A DNA stretch of 64,000 nt from NCBI GenBank assembly GCA_963845065.1, contig CAWJQQ010000009.1, positions 160,001 through 224,000 of the forward strand, given 5' to 3'. This document shows positions 39,045-48,747 of the stretch, in pieces; the stretch's first letter is position 1, and the number at the start of each line of letters is the position of its first letter. The position numbers were made by a program, and so were the translations under genes. The stretch is from Nitrospirota bacterium (GTDB lineage: Bacteria; Nitrospirota; UBA9217). The notes below the pieces were generated by a model that saw nothing but the letters and a program-made list of their open reading frames with translations, made no database searches and was not told where the DNA came from.

Positions 39045-39356
39045 TCAGAGATCCAATGCGAAAAATATTGCATTTCGGATTCCACCAAACTTTTGTTTTG
39101 ATAAAGTCGTGATCAGAGCGCCAATGTTTGATTTTGAAACGGTCTGTATGTGATCGCAATTAATTGCGCAATCGCTATTCATACCATCCTGTAGGGTCAA
39201 GAGCACTTCGCTCGGGATATCTCGTATTGTTGAGGTTATCGGAGCAACAGTAACTTCGCCCAAGTATTCCAAAACAGAATTCCTCGTTAAAATGACTACA
39301 GGACGTTTTTTATCAGGGTGTTTGAACTTGTACCATCTCACTTCGCCTCGTTTCAT
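39045..39356 (-). CDS. mazF: PemK/MazF family toxin
   Basis: MKRGEV, K.RPVVILT, VTVAPITS and INCD.IQTV.K motifs. Confidence 0.9.
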   Translation of the reverse strand: MKRGEVRWYKFKHPDKKRPVVILTRNSVLEYLGEVTVAPITSTIRDIPSEVLLTLQDGMNSDCAINCDHIQTVSKSNIGALITTLSKQKFGGIRNAIFFALDL

Positions 39357-39586
39357 AAATCACCCCATTCTTGCTCTGATTCCCAGACATTAAATTCCGC
39401 CTTGCCAACAGGGTGTTGCCCATAACCTTTTTTATGCTTTTTTTCAAGCAGGTCAATATTGACCTGCTTGAGAGCATTCCTTAATGCCTTGCGCGCAAAA
39501 GCGGATCGGGTTGTTTTTAATTTTTTGACAACCTGGTCAACGGTTGCGACTAGTTCATCATCTAAAGTCATCTGTATTGTCTTCAT
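39353..39586 (-). CDS. CopG/RHH antitoxin
   Basis: MKTIQMTLDDELV..VD...TTRSAF.R.AL; ATGA overlap with the toxin gene. Confidence 0.85.
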   Translation of the reverse strand: MKTIQMTLDDELVATVDQVVKKLKTTRSAFARKALRNALKQVNIDLLEKKHKKGYGQHPVGKAEFNVWESEQEWGDL

Positions 39587-40671
39587 GATACCCCTCCCGC
39601 AATGTGGATGCTTATAGCTATAATAATCCACATTGCATCCTGTGTCAAGGCTGAGGGTAATCAGGCTGAGGGCAATCATTTTATTCAGGAAGTAGTGCGT
39701 GCGAGTGCATTTTCACCGATTCATGAGTGGCATCTCGACAAATGGGACGCACCAGGAATTCGTTTATGTGAAGATTATCGTGCTGGAACCCGCTTCTTTA
39801 CACCATATTAGCAGCCTCGGATCGCACCTCTGGCAGGGCGTCATAATAGCCCTGACTCCGGTAGATTCTGCTTCCCGATGCGCGCTATCGCCATCGTCGT
39901 GTGCCAGATCTCGGGACTGACTGTTTTGAGGCCGCCCCCATCCAGGAGCAAGGGCAAATGATCGTTGGTTTGAAGGTTATGTGATTTCGGTTGCGATCAC
40001 TAATTGGTATGCAGTATGAATTATTCGGACTTAGCCGGAGATTTTGAGTAAACCATAAAATTGTTGCATGAAGAATCAGCAATACAGAGGACATACAGCA
40101 TTCAGCAAGGCGGTGAGGAACTCCTTCTGTCATTCGCAACGAGTAATTGGCAGATTTCATCCTCAGAATGGCCAGACTTGCCAAATCACGATATAGGTGC
40201 TATATTATAATCCTAAGGTTGTAGGAAGGGAGATGATTCTATAGCGGTTGATAAATAAAAAGGCAATAAAATCATACTTCTGTATATATCTGTCATTTAT
40301 AGGCTACTTGTAAATGACGAATCCTTTCATGTAGTCCGCGGCGTAAAGCCTGCAGTATCTCGAAGTAAGAACACTGAAAACTTAATATAACGGTACCACC
40401 ATGCGGTGAAGTCCTATCGACCGTCGATTTCAACTATTCGGCGGATCGGAGGCTTAACATTGTTACTGTTTCTGCACGTTCTGTTAAAGAATATGGCAGA
40501 AGCGTTGTATGGGTGTCCTGTAAAGTTGGGCGTTTCCAGTTTAGGGAGAACCTCATGTGTGGGACTGTTTTTTTGCAAAATTACGGGAAGTCTCCGGAGG
40601 AGGAAATTTCACAGAGCTTTGTTGAAGTCGTTATTCAAGGGAAAAAATAAAAAAACAAAGGAGATACTATA

Positions 40672-41505
40672 TTGGTCAATCTAACAGATCTCGCAAGTAG
40701 ATATAGAGTGATAGTGGACACTTCTAGTCTGATGGAACCCAGGGCGGAATTGTTTTTCATCAAGACAATGCCGCCGGCCTTTAAACATTACCAAGCTAAG
40801 CTCTTAATATACTCATGTGTAGCAAGGGAGGTAGATAATCACATTTACTCGAAAAAACTGCATAAGCGAAGAGCAGCCCAAAATGCCGTACTCATTGTCA
40901 AAGACTTAACGACGCAGCGGCTTTCGGAACTAGTTGAGGACGATGGGATATTCGCAGACTATGTCATCTATTATGAAGTATTCCGACTACGTAGAGACCA
41001 TAACGTCGCATTGATTTCACAGGACCAAGATTTATCCTACGATGTTCTTGGGATCAAAAACATACGGTCGTCCCGATACAATACAGATATTCAGGCTTTC
41101 CGGATAAATAATTCAGGCGGATTGATGAGTTGGACAAACTCGTTGACACTCATTGACGAGGTTAAGTCGATGGATGATACAGCTAAATGTCGGCAAATGC
41201 TTCCAAGAAATATGGTAGTTGTACCCGCAAGTTGCTCAAACAAAGCGATTCAGATTTCGAAGACTTTACCGCCACAAAAGAACTTGCATACTGTAAACCG
41301 TGCGAATCAAGAAGCGCTTGAGGAAAAGCACAAAGCCGAAGCAGAAGTTTTTTTTCAACAAACATTAATAACCACACCCGGTTCGGTAAGCCAGAAATCC
41401 ACTAAGGAGCGAAGACTTGAGAGCAGTAATTTTCTTGAAAGATTTCTTAGAACTGTTTCTGGAACCTTCAGCCATCAAGGGCCAAGAATAGGGGGCCGCC
41501 GTTAG
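40672..41505 (+). CDS. PIN-domain-like protein with C-terminal extension
   Basis: VIVDTSSLM, VAREVD, ADYVI and LISQDQDL acidic PIN pattern. Confidence 0.7.
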   Translation: MVNLTDLASRYRVIVDTSSLMEPRAELFFIKTMPPAFKHYQAKLLIYSCVAREVDNHIYSKKLHKRRAAQNAVLIVKDLTTQRLSELVEDDGIFADYVIYYEVFRLRRDHNVALISQDQDLSYDVLGIKNIRSSRYNTDIQAFRINNSGGLMSWTNSLTLIDEVKSMDDTAKCRQMLPRNMVVVPASCSNKAIQISKTLPPQKNLHTVNRANQEALEEKHKAEAEVFFQQTLITTPGSVSQKSTKERRLESSNFLERFLRTVSGTFSHQGPRIGGRR

Positions 41506-41608
41506 TCATTTGATCGATTGCAAAATGTAGTTGCCAATGCGTAGGCGAGGATGTCCATAACCGGCAAATCTTTTTATACCAGTTACGATCACAGGAGAAG
41601 GGGGCACT

Positions 41609-41833
41609 ATGAAAAGGATCCGGCAGATCGACAGAAAAGACTTAATTATGTTAACTCTGATGAAAGCCTTTGACAAGATCCCTAAATTTAAAACGAATGA
41701 GGAGATAACTGAGTGGCTCAGGAAAGAAAATGCTCGGCCAAAGGAGGAAAGAATTACAGAAGCACACAAAGCTTTTGAGGAAGTCAGAAAAGAACTAGAG
41801 CAATGCGACGAACAGCATAATAAGATTCATTAA
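41609..41833 (+). CDS. Small hypothetical protein
   Basis: 74 aa with a G-rich RBS; KIPKFKTNEE resembles the N-terminus of some antitoxins (weak). Confidence 0.55.
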   Translation: MKRIRQIDRKDLIMLTLMKAFDKIPKFKTNEEITEWLRKENARPKEERITEAHKAFEEVRKELEQCDEQHNKIH

Positions 41834-41865
41834 TCCAAGGGTCATGATCGAAAGGAGAAGAACGA

Positions 41866-42279
41866 ATGAACAAGAAAGCGACAATCGGAGTTTATGAGGT
41901 GATGAACGTTGAACGCAATAGAGTCATAGAGTGTAAAAGCTCTAGCGTGGATGGAAAGCCGCTATGGGCCGGGATGCTTCATCTAGCAATTCAGATGAAG
42001 GTCAGTGGAGCTAGCGAGGGCGAACTGCGTTATACCGACAACAAGACATTCAGTTTCACTCAGAACAGTGAAGAAATCCAAGTAGCTACAAAGCAAGTTT
42101 TAGATCTTGTGGCGAAGATGAAGTCGCATCTCCTTTCAAAAATTACGCGAGGGGCGTTACTGACAAGGCGTCCTTGCGATGTATGTACTTTCAGTAAGGA
42201 ATGTCCGGAGGATACTCGACGATCGTGCAAAAACATAAGCAACAACTGTAAAATCGATTTTACAGATAACAATTATTAG
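41866..42279 (+). CDS. Degenerate PD-(D/E)XK / Cas4-like protein
   Basis: VIECKS (ExK-like) and C-terminal CxxCxxxxxC; AGGAG RBS; the N-terminal motifs are absent. Confidence 0.45.
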   Translation: MNKKATIGVYEVMNVERNRVIECKSSSVDGKPLWAGMLHLAIQMKVSGASEGELRYTDNKTFSFTQNSEEIQVATKQVLDLVAKMKSHLLSKITRGALLTRRPCDVCTFSKECPEDTRRSCKNISNNCKIDFTDNNY

Positions 42280-42280
42280 A

Positions 42281-42326
42281 AGACAGGCTGCCGCGCTCAT
42301 AAAAAAAAAGCAGGCAGCCTGTCTTG
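42281..42326. terminator. Inverted repeat / probable terminator
   Basis: AGACAGGCTGCC ... GGCAGCCTGTCT directly after the stop codon. Confidence 0.55.
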
Positions 42327-42451
42327 TTATTACACGATAATTGTTTTTGGCAGTTTCAACACTTGTGAAGGGGATGTCCGTTTAGTTACGCTTTTAAATA
42401 AATAAACTTGAGAAGTGAAAAAGGCACTCTTTGCGAAAAATGTCATGGGAA
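42313..42451. repeat. Non-coding direct repeat, copy 1 (pairs with 49158-49342)
   Basis: GCAGTTTCAACAC.TGTGAAGGGGATGTCCG.TTAGTTACGCTTTT is near-identical in both copies. Confidence 0.85.
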
Positions 42452-42703
42452 CGAAAAAAACGATCAAATGCCGGCAGGGTTATGTCCTCTGTTGCAGTTC
42501 AGGAACATACGGCAACAGAGGATTTGCAACTAGGAGTTTCCTCTCTTTCATTTAATATTGGGGTGACAATTTTATTTTACATCTTTATAATAGTGAGTAG
42601 CCAACAAGGGATAGTAAACTCCGAGCACTATAAGGTTAGATTAACACACACAAAAGGCTGTCCGTCTGAAAAGCAGCGCATCCTTGCATATATCCGCGAT
42701 AAT

Positions 42704-42730
42704 TAAAGTTTTTTTAGACTTAGCCGATAT
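42704..42730 (+). promoter_or_regulatory. Sigma28 (FliA)-type promoter
   Basis: TAAAGTTT-N11-GCCGATAT, near-perfect consensus. Confidence 0.75.
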
Positions 42731-42879
42731 AATAAAGTGAATAATTATAATGCCAAAATAAAAGAAATTGAGCAAATAAAGTGAGCAAGACAGGTAAGGG
42801 CAGAAATCGCCAGTGTTCATAATAAGCGGCTCAGAAACGCCTGATTTTACTATTATATAAATACATCTTTTTGGCTTAC

Positions 42880-43184
42880 CAAACTATCCACAGAAAGCCC
42901 CTGGTTTTAACCATGGGGATGAATGCGGGAACTTTGTTTTTCGCCAATTAGTAGACAAATGTACATCTATGCGGTGTTGGGGGTGCAGCATGAAGCGGCA
43001 AAGGGTCGAATTCATCCAACCAGCTTCGGTATCAAGCAAGAGAACACCACGAACCGGAGACAGGGCTGCTCGTCCGTTAAAGGTGGATCAACGACAGTCG
43101 AGGCCGACAACGTTCGTATTGTTGCCGGAGAGCCTGTCGGTACAGCCGCTAGAACCCCCTGGCTTTAGACATGGGGAGTGGTCA
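42880..43184 (+). mobile_element. Non-autonomous IS608-like element (PATE) with a tnpB 3'/omegaRNA-like remnant
   Basis: Follows TTAC; left end AAAG-CCCCTGGTTTTAACCATGGGG; right end GAAC-CCCCTGGCTTTAGACATGGGG-AGTGGTCA. Confidence 0.85.
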
Positions 43185-43236
43185 GCACATCATCTACGAA
43201 TATCAAATCTAAAAAAATAGAAACGAGGAGGCCTCC

Positions 43237-44118
43237 ATGATGTCCCGTGTTCTAATTGTAGTGTTCATGTTCTTTCTACTGGTGAAACCCGTTTATGCTG
43301 CACAATCTACCATTACTGATGCAGTAGGTTCCGCCTGCATGGGCGATGATAAGTCGCGAAAGCAAACTGAGGATTCAGCACTCACTGACGCGAAGAAGAA
43401 TGCAATTGAGTTCGCCTCTACGTACATTAAGAGCGAAACTGAAGTTAAGAACTTCGCTCTTGAAAAGGATCTGCTGTCCGCTTACGCCCATGCGGAGGTA
43501 AAGCTTCTTCAGGAGCCGGTAAAAGAATGGTACAAGGATCCCAACTCCGGCGACTGTCTCAAACTCAAGATCAAAGCCGAAGTAATTCCTGATACTGCTG
43601 CCATGCAGAAGATGGCAGCACAGAGTTTGGCAGTGATAGATGATCCTTCCGCACCTCTTACAGTCAAAGTATGGACGGACAAGAAGGAATACAAGGAAGG
43701 CGAGAAGGTCAAGGTCTACATCAAAGGGAATAGACCTTTCTACGCTCGGGTAATCTACAAAGACGCCTCCGGTGCGATGGTCCAGATTCTTCCCAACCCT
43801 TACCGGACGGACAATTATTTCAACGGCGGCGCGATATATGAGGTCCCGACCGGGAACGATAAATTCGAACTGGTAGTAAACCCGCCCTTCGGCGAGGAGA
43901 ATGTCATCGTCTATGCAAGCTCATCACCCTTGGGCGAGATCGATACAGAGGCCCAGGGCGGTGTATACGAAGTGAAGACCCAGACAAGGGACATCGGGGT
44001 AAAGACGAGAGGTATAAAGCTGTTAGGGAAATCTCAAGATGGTTCTCCGAGTGCCGTTTCTAAACCAGCAGCGTCGGAGTTTTTTGAGGACAAAGTAGTC
44101 GTAAAGACGGGGAATTGA
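43237..44118 (+). CDS. Secreted DUF4384-domain protein
   Basis: Signal peptide; A..DAKKNAIE....I.SET.V.N N-domain; VWTDKKEYKEGE...QILPN...V.PPFGEE C-domain; GAGGAGG RBS. Confidence 0.8.
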   Translation: MMSRVLIVVFMFFLLVKPVYAAQSTITDAVGSACMGDDKSRKQTEDSALTDAKKNAIEFASTYIKSETEVKNFALEKDLLSAYAHAEVKLLQEPVKEWYKDPNSGDCLKLKIKAEVIPDTAAMQKMAAQSLAVIDDPSAPLTVKVWTDKKEYKEGEKVKVYIKGNRPFYARVIYKDASGAMVQILPNPYRTDNYFNGGAIYEVPTGNDKFELVVNPPFGEENVIVYASSSPLGEIDTEAQGGVYEVKTQTRDIGVKTRGIKLLGKSQDGSPSAVSKPAASEFFEDKVVVKTGN

Positions 44119-44162
44119 CCACTCCCCATGGTTAAGAGCAGGGGCTTTCTGCAGATGATTTA
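44115..44162 (-). mobile_element. 48-bp single-hairpin IS608-like mini-element
   Basis: Minus strand reads TTAC|TAAATCATCTGCAG-AAAG-CCCCTGCTCTTAACCATGGGG-AGTGG-TCAA. Confidence 0.85.
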
Positions 44163-44178
44163 GTAAAGGGAGGTTTCC

Positions 44179-46182
44179 ATGAAGGTACTGTTTCGCTTTA
44201 TTCTTGGGCTCATACTTATTCTGACGATCACCCCGGCTTTTGCCGATGACCGCGGTGTGACGGTGAAAGAAAAGAGCGGAGCAACGGCCGCTCCGGTCAA
44301 GACCTTCAAGACTACCTACTACGCCCTCGTCATCGGGAATGACCTCTACCTGAACCTTCCCCATCTCCATACCGCAATGAACGACGCCAGGGAAGTGAAC
44401 AGGGTTCTTACCGAGAAGTATAGCTTCAGGACCAAGTTGCTCCTAAACGCCACTCGCGATGATATTCTTGATGCCATCAATAGTTACCGAATGAAATTGA
44501 CAGAGAAAGACAGTTTTCTCATCTATTACGCGGGCCACGGAGAGTATGATAAGGTGGTTGATAAGGCGTACTGGTTACCTGTAGACGCCAAGGCGAACAA
44601 CCCGACGCATTGGATAATGGCTGATGATATCACCTCAAACATCAAGCGGATCGCTTCGAAGCACGTATTGATCGTGTCCGACTCCTGCTATTCTGGAGCG
44701 CTCACTCGGAGTGCAACCATCGACTTGAACAAGAACGTCGGCAGGGGTGAGTTCCTTACAAAGATGATGGATCGTGCTTCGCGCACGCTCATGGCCAGCG
44801 GCGGGAACGAGCCGGTTTCCGACGCCGGCGGCAAAGACAATCACTCAGTATTCGCTTCCGCGCTCCTGACCGCACTTAAAGAGGCGGACAAACCATCCTT
44901 TACCGCAGAAGAACTTTTTCATAACAGGATCAAGGCATTCGTCGCGGGCAGGTCCGAGCAGGTACCGCAATACGGTGATATTCGCAATTCCGGCCACGAA
45001 GGCGGGGACTTTGTTTTTCAGACAGGCAGCATCGCTGAAGCTAACATAAGCCAGGACACCTCACCAGCAGTCAGTGGAAATTCTACAAACAGGCTGTACA
45101 TCGTCGTGCGCAAGGAAACAATCGAGGAAATACCCTTCAATGGGTTCAATACACAATGCGATGGGTATGGAGATTCAGGTATCAAATACACCAGCCCTGA
45201 AGGATCGGTCACCATACCATGGAAAGATATTGAATATATCCTGCCTGCTTTTGGCGAGGGGAAGCTAGTTTCTGGAGTAAATTTCAAGACAGATACCCTT
45301 CTGCCCAAGTCCTGTACTGATGGTTTTGTTCAATATACAAAGGATAAGCTTGTCACTGTTCTCGGCTACCAGCAAGTGAACCGGCAGGAGATCAGACTCA
45401 ATCTTAATGATATCGATGTAATCGCCTTCAGCAAGGCGGGATTAAAGATGGGAAAGAGTGATTTTTTGAAATTCGTTTCGGACAAAGACACCGTAGGGAA
45501 AGAATGGATAGACAAGGGCCTGGCCTTAATGAATTCGGAAAATTATGAGGGAGCGCTTAGTGCGTTTAATAAGGCAGTGGAAATCAACCCCAATAACCCT
45601 TGGGCCTACATAGACAAAGGATGGGCGCTGAACGGTCTCGGAAATTATGACCAGGCAATAAAAGAGTTTAATAGAGCTGTGGACATTGATCCCCAAATAC
45701 CGTGGATTTATGTATACAGGGCACAATCATACATCTGCTTAGGGAATTACCAGCAGGGCCTTCTCGATGTAGACAAGGTAACCAGTCTGGACGCAACTAT
45801 ATCTTGGGCATATATTAACCGGGGTTGGGCATATCTCGGCCTTGGTAAAAACAACGAGGCTATCGCGGATTTAGACAAAGCCGCTCAAATGGATCCTAAA
45901 AATCTATTTATTTATCTTTTCCGGGCATGGGCTCATAACGCCCTCGGCAACAAACGTCAAGCATTGGAAGATTTTGACAAAAGTCTTGATCTGGCGCCGA
46001 ATAGCTCATTTCCGCATTGGAATATAGCGACGTATTATGCTCTTGGCGGTGAAAAGGAGAAATCTATTGCAGAGTTGAGAAAAACAATTAGTATCAACGG
46101 CACATTTAAACAAAAAGCAAAAACGGACAAAAACTTTCAGTCACTCTGGAATGATAGCGATTTCAAAAAGCTGGTTGAATGA
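44179..46182 (+). CDS. Secreted caspase-family (peptidase C14) protein with C-terminal TPRs
   Basis: YALVIGN, YYAGHG (His) and SDSCYSG (Cys) dyad; signal peptide; about 6 TPRs. Confidence 0.9.
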   Translation: MKVLFRFILGLILILTITPAFADDRGVTVKEKSGATAAPVKTFKTTYYALVIGNDLYLNLPHLHTAMNDAREVNRVLTEKYSFRTKLLLNATRDDILDAINSYRMKLTEKDSFLIYYAGHGEYDKVVDKAYWLPVDAKANNPTHWIMADDITSNIKRIASKHVLIVSDSCYSGALTRSATIDLNKNVGRGEFLTKMMDRASRTLMASGGNEPVSDAGGKDNHSVFASALLTALKEADKPSFTAEELFHNRIKAFVAGRSEQVPQYGDIRNSGHEGGDFVFQTGSIAEANISQDTSPAVSGNSTNRLYIVVRKETIEEIPFNGFNTQCDGYGDSGIKYTSPEGSVTIPWKDIEYILPAFGEGKLVSGVNFKTDTLLPKSCTDGFVQYTKDKLVTVLGYQQVNRQEIRLNLNDIDVIAFSKAGLKMGKSDFLKFVSDKDTVGKEWIDKGLALMNSENYEGALSAFNKAVEINPNNPWAYIDKGWALNGLGNYDQAIKEFNRAVDIDPQIPWIYVYRAQSYICLGNYQQGLLDVDKVTSLDATISWAYINRGWAYLGLGKNNEAIADLDKAAQMDPKNLFIYLFRAWAHNALGNKRQALEDFDKSLDLAPNSSFPHWNIATYYALGGEKEKSIAELRKTISINGTFKQKAKTDKNFQSLWNDSDFKKLVE

Positions 46183-46460
46183 GGTAAGCTTGCTTATTAC
46201 CTGAATCATGCACACTGAAGAAGGAAAAAAGATAAAATCAAAACGTTGCCCAATACGGAAACTGTTACCAGACGCTGATGGAGACCTCGTGTTGAATCAC
46301 GTGCTGAACGTGTCGCGTTTCTGCATGAGATATCTGAAAAAACAAATATACGTTCAGAAAAAGTCAGATTCGTTTGCATGATTAACAACGCAATTGCTCT
46401 ATTTCTCATCTTTGCAAAAGCTCGCATCGCCATGTCCTCGCAAAAACAATCAGTTATCTT

Positions 46461-46477
46461 TTGGCATGCTATCTGCA
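46461..46477 (+). promoter_or_regulatory. Sigma54 -24/-12 promoter
   Basis: TTGGCATGCTATCTGCA = GG-N10-GC, about 38 bp upstream of the ATG. Confidence 0.7.
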
Positions 46478-46514
46478 ATATACAATGCAAGACTGACAAA
46501 AGGGGGACAATAAA

Positions 46515-46829
46515 ATGAATACCAAAATTTCAAAAAAAACAGCTTACATCGGCGCAGGCGCAGGAATCGTTCTCTTCGCGATCTTCGGTCTTCTTCCCGG
46601 CAGCCTTCTGGGCGGCGCAGCCGGAATAAAATTAGCCGGAATGTTCTTCGGGCTTCCGCTGGACCCGGGAATCATCTCACGCGCAATCGTGCTCGCGTCC
46701 ATGCTGGTGGGCGTCATGGTGTCCGGAATCACGTTCGTAACTGCCACATCCACCATGGGCTGGCTCTTCGGCAGAGTGCTCGAGGGCGGGCACGCATCGG
46801 AAAAGACATCGATGGCCGGCAGCAAATAA
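46515..46829 (+). CDS. Small Gly-rich integral membrane protein
   Basis: Hydrophobic; GIVLFAIFGLLPGSLLGG; paralogous to the next gene. Confidence 0.85.
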   Translation: MNTKISKKTAYIGAGAGIVLFAIFGLLPGSLLGGAAGIKLAGMFFGLPLDPGIISRAIVLASMLVGVMVSGITFVTATSTMGWLFGRVLEGGHASEKTSMAGSK

Positions 46830-46877
46830 CGAAATAGCTAAAATTATAAAAAGATTGTACTATTGGGAGAAAAAATC

Positions 46878-47195
46878 ATGAAGAACGAATCGGTAAAAAC
46901 GGGCATGAAGATTGGCGCCGCGGTTGGCGGGCTAGTATTCCTGGTGTTCGGGATCATGCCGGGATTCTATTTCGGCAGCTACGGGACGCTTATCATGATC
47001 CAGAGGCTGATGGGCGGCGCAGTGGAGCCCACGCTCTTTGTCAGGGCGGCGGTGGTGATGGGGATCGTGATCGGGATATCCTGCGCAGCTGCAGTCTGCC
47101 TCGTGGTCGGCGGGCTTCTCGGGACGATGGCTGGCTTGGTGGTGTCCACGTCCGCGACGGCCGGCGAGACGCAGGAGGTTTCGGTGAAGTCGTAA
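46878..47195 (+). CDS. Small Gly-rich integral membrane protein
   Basis: Hydrophobic; GLVFLVFGIMPGFYFGSYG; GGGAG RBS. Confidence 0.85.
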   Translation: MKNESVKTGMKIGAAVGGLVFLVFGIMPGFYFGSYGTLIMIQRLMGGAVEPTLFVRAAVVMGIVIGISCAAAVCLVVGGLLGTMAGLVVSTSATAGETQEVSVKS

Positions 47196-47526
47196 ATGTA
47201 ATGTACTGAGCTTCAAGCATGAAATAAACTTCTCGGCAATGCTTCGGAAAAATATCATAGGCGATGAGAAATCATCGCCCGTTACATTTTAGAAGACATT
47301 TAGAATCGTTGTTAGAGCTGCCTTGCGGTTTGTTTCCTGCACTTATTCCCGGATATATTCTTTGAATTCCGAAGGACATTCGTGGAAATTTGAGGGCTGG
47401 TTTAAAAGAATTAAACATGCTTAACTTATCAACTCAACTCATGAAGCATGTGAGTTTGATCACCATCGATGCATGTTATAATGTGAAGTCTGCATACCAA
47501 CGCATTCGGAGTTCAGCCTATTAAAC

Positions 47527-47563
47527 AAAAAAAGGCCTAGAGGGAACAACCTCTAAGCCTTTT
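47527..47563. terminator. Probable bidirectional intrinsic terminator
   Basis: A-tract-GGCCTAGAGG ... CCTCTAAGCC-T-tract between convergent genes. Confidence 0.65.
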
Positions 47564-47629
47564 CTCTTGAAGGGAGGTCAAGAGTCTTCTTCGAGACAGG
47601 AAAGCGGCAATAATGTGTGAACGTAATTT

Positions 47630-47815
47630 CTACAAGCAGGTTGCCTCAACTACCTCATGCGCTTCGACCCTGCCGACATCCGCTTGCTGATAATAGATGT
47701 ATTCACCTACCATATCAAAAAGCTCTTTACGGGGAATATCGGGCTCAATATCGAGAACTTCCTCTTTAAAATAATTTGCAGAATCGACCGTCCATTTATC
47801 GAATGTCTTATTCAT
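47630..47815 (-). CDS. Small acidic hypothetical protein (61 aa)
   Basis: AAGGAGG RBS before ATG 47815; terminator downstream. Confidence 0.65.
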   Translation of the reverse strand: MNKTFDKWTVDSANYFKEEVLDIEPDIPRKELFDMVGEYIYYQQADVGRVEAHEVVEATCL

Positions 47816-48039
47816 ATTGCCTCCTTCCAGGCTGCGGAATTGTTGATAATATGAGAGGTGATGTACTGGTGTCGATACGTCGAATTGCAATTCAGTAACT
47901 TGGGGAAATTGTTATTGCCTCAGTGGGAGGGATGCCCACGCGCCTGAGCCGGGGAGGATCAATACAGCGAACCCTCTAGTTCAAGCTAATCCCGATATAT
48001 ACTATTGAGTGGCCAACCAGACCTCCGGGGAGGCAAGGT

Positions 48040-48186
48040 TTAGAACGCCATTGCCAATACGATCAAGATGATCAAAAACAAGATGTTTCCGATTATTCCG
48101 AACAAGCGGGACGCCATGCTCCGTCGCAAGCTTGTTTCGAACCCGCCGGTGCTCTCGCGATACATGAAATGTTTTAGCGCAATCAA
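48040..48186 (-). CDS. Small membrane peptide (48 aa, TTG start)
   Basis: MIALKHFMYRESTGGFETSLRRSMASRLFGIIGNILFLIILIVLAMAF; AGGAGG RBS; C-terminal TM helix. Confidence 0.6.
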   Translation of the reverse strand: MIALKHFMYRESTGGFETSLRRSMASRLFGIIGNILFLIILIVLAMAF

Positions 48187-48226
48187 GTGATTAACCTCCT
48201 AAGTCATGAGAAACGAAAGTTTTTTT

Positions 48227-48418
48227 TTAAATTTCCGAGCTCATCACGCTGCTCAATTTCGTTCGATCGGCACACTTCGGTTGATAGCCTGAACAAATTG
48301 AGCGGCAACACGGGAGTATCGCTCTGCTTAGCTCTCTTTTTCCCGTAATTCTTCTAAGAGGTCCATAGTTGCAATTCACCACAGGAATTCCCCAACTCTC
48401 ATAGTCAGTTCGTTTCAT
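48227..48418 (-). CDS. Small Cys-containing protein (63 aa), copy 2
   Basis: GGAGG RBS; paralog of 48586-48747 with conservative substitutions. Confidence 0.6.
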   Translation of the reverse strand: MKRTDYESWGIPVVNCNYGPLRRITGKRELSRAILPCCRSICSGYQPKCADRTKLSSVMSSEI

Positions 48419-48516
48419 GGTAAATCAACCTCCCTCCCGTTTAGGATCGTACGTCGCAATCTTGCTTCGAATCCACCGGTGCTCTCGCGATACAAGGAAT
48501 GTTTCAGCGCAATCAA
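48415..48516 (-). CDS. Small peptide (33 aa), TM-less paralog of 48040-48186
   Basis: MIALKHSLYRESTGGFEARLRRTILNGREVDLP; GAGGAGG RBS; ATGA overlap with the next ORF. Confidence 0.5.
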   Translation of the reverse strand: MIALKHSLYRESTGGFEARLRRTILNGREVDLP

Positions 48517-48585
48517 GTGCTTAACCTCCTCGATCATTGGAAAAGCAGCGCTTTTTTAAAATTACAAGTTCATCGCACTGCTCTA

Positions 48586-48747
48586 TTACATTTGACCACC
48601 ACACACCTTTTTACAGCGTGAACACACTGAGCGGCCACACGGGAGTGCCGCTCTGCTTTGTTCTCTTTCTCCCGTAACTCTTCTGAAGGGTGCGTAGTTG
48701 CAATTCATCACAGCAATTCCCCAACTCTCAAAGTCAGCTCGTCTCAT
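48586..48747 (-). CDS. Small Cys-rich protein (53 aa), copy 1
   Basis: MRRADFESWGIAVMNCNYAPFRRVTGEREQSRAALPCGRSVCSRCKKVCGGQM; AGGAGG RBS. Confidence 0.6.
   Translation of the reverse strand: MRRADFESWGIAVMNCNYAPFRRVTGEREQSRAALPCGRSVCSRCKKVCGGQM

Noticed and set aside
42880..44162. Composite transposon carrying the DUF4384 gene
   Set aside because: The two IS608-like elements are on opposite strands, whereas IS200/IS605 single-strand transposition needs both ends on the same strand.
47258..47285. Fluoride riboswitch (GGCGATGA start)
   Set aside because: It is a simple perfect hairpin, the downstream pseudoknot motif is missing, and it lies 3' of the genes.
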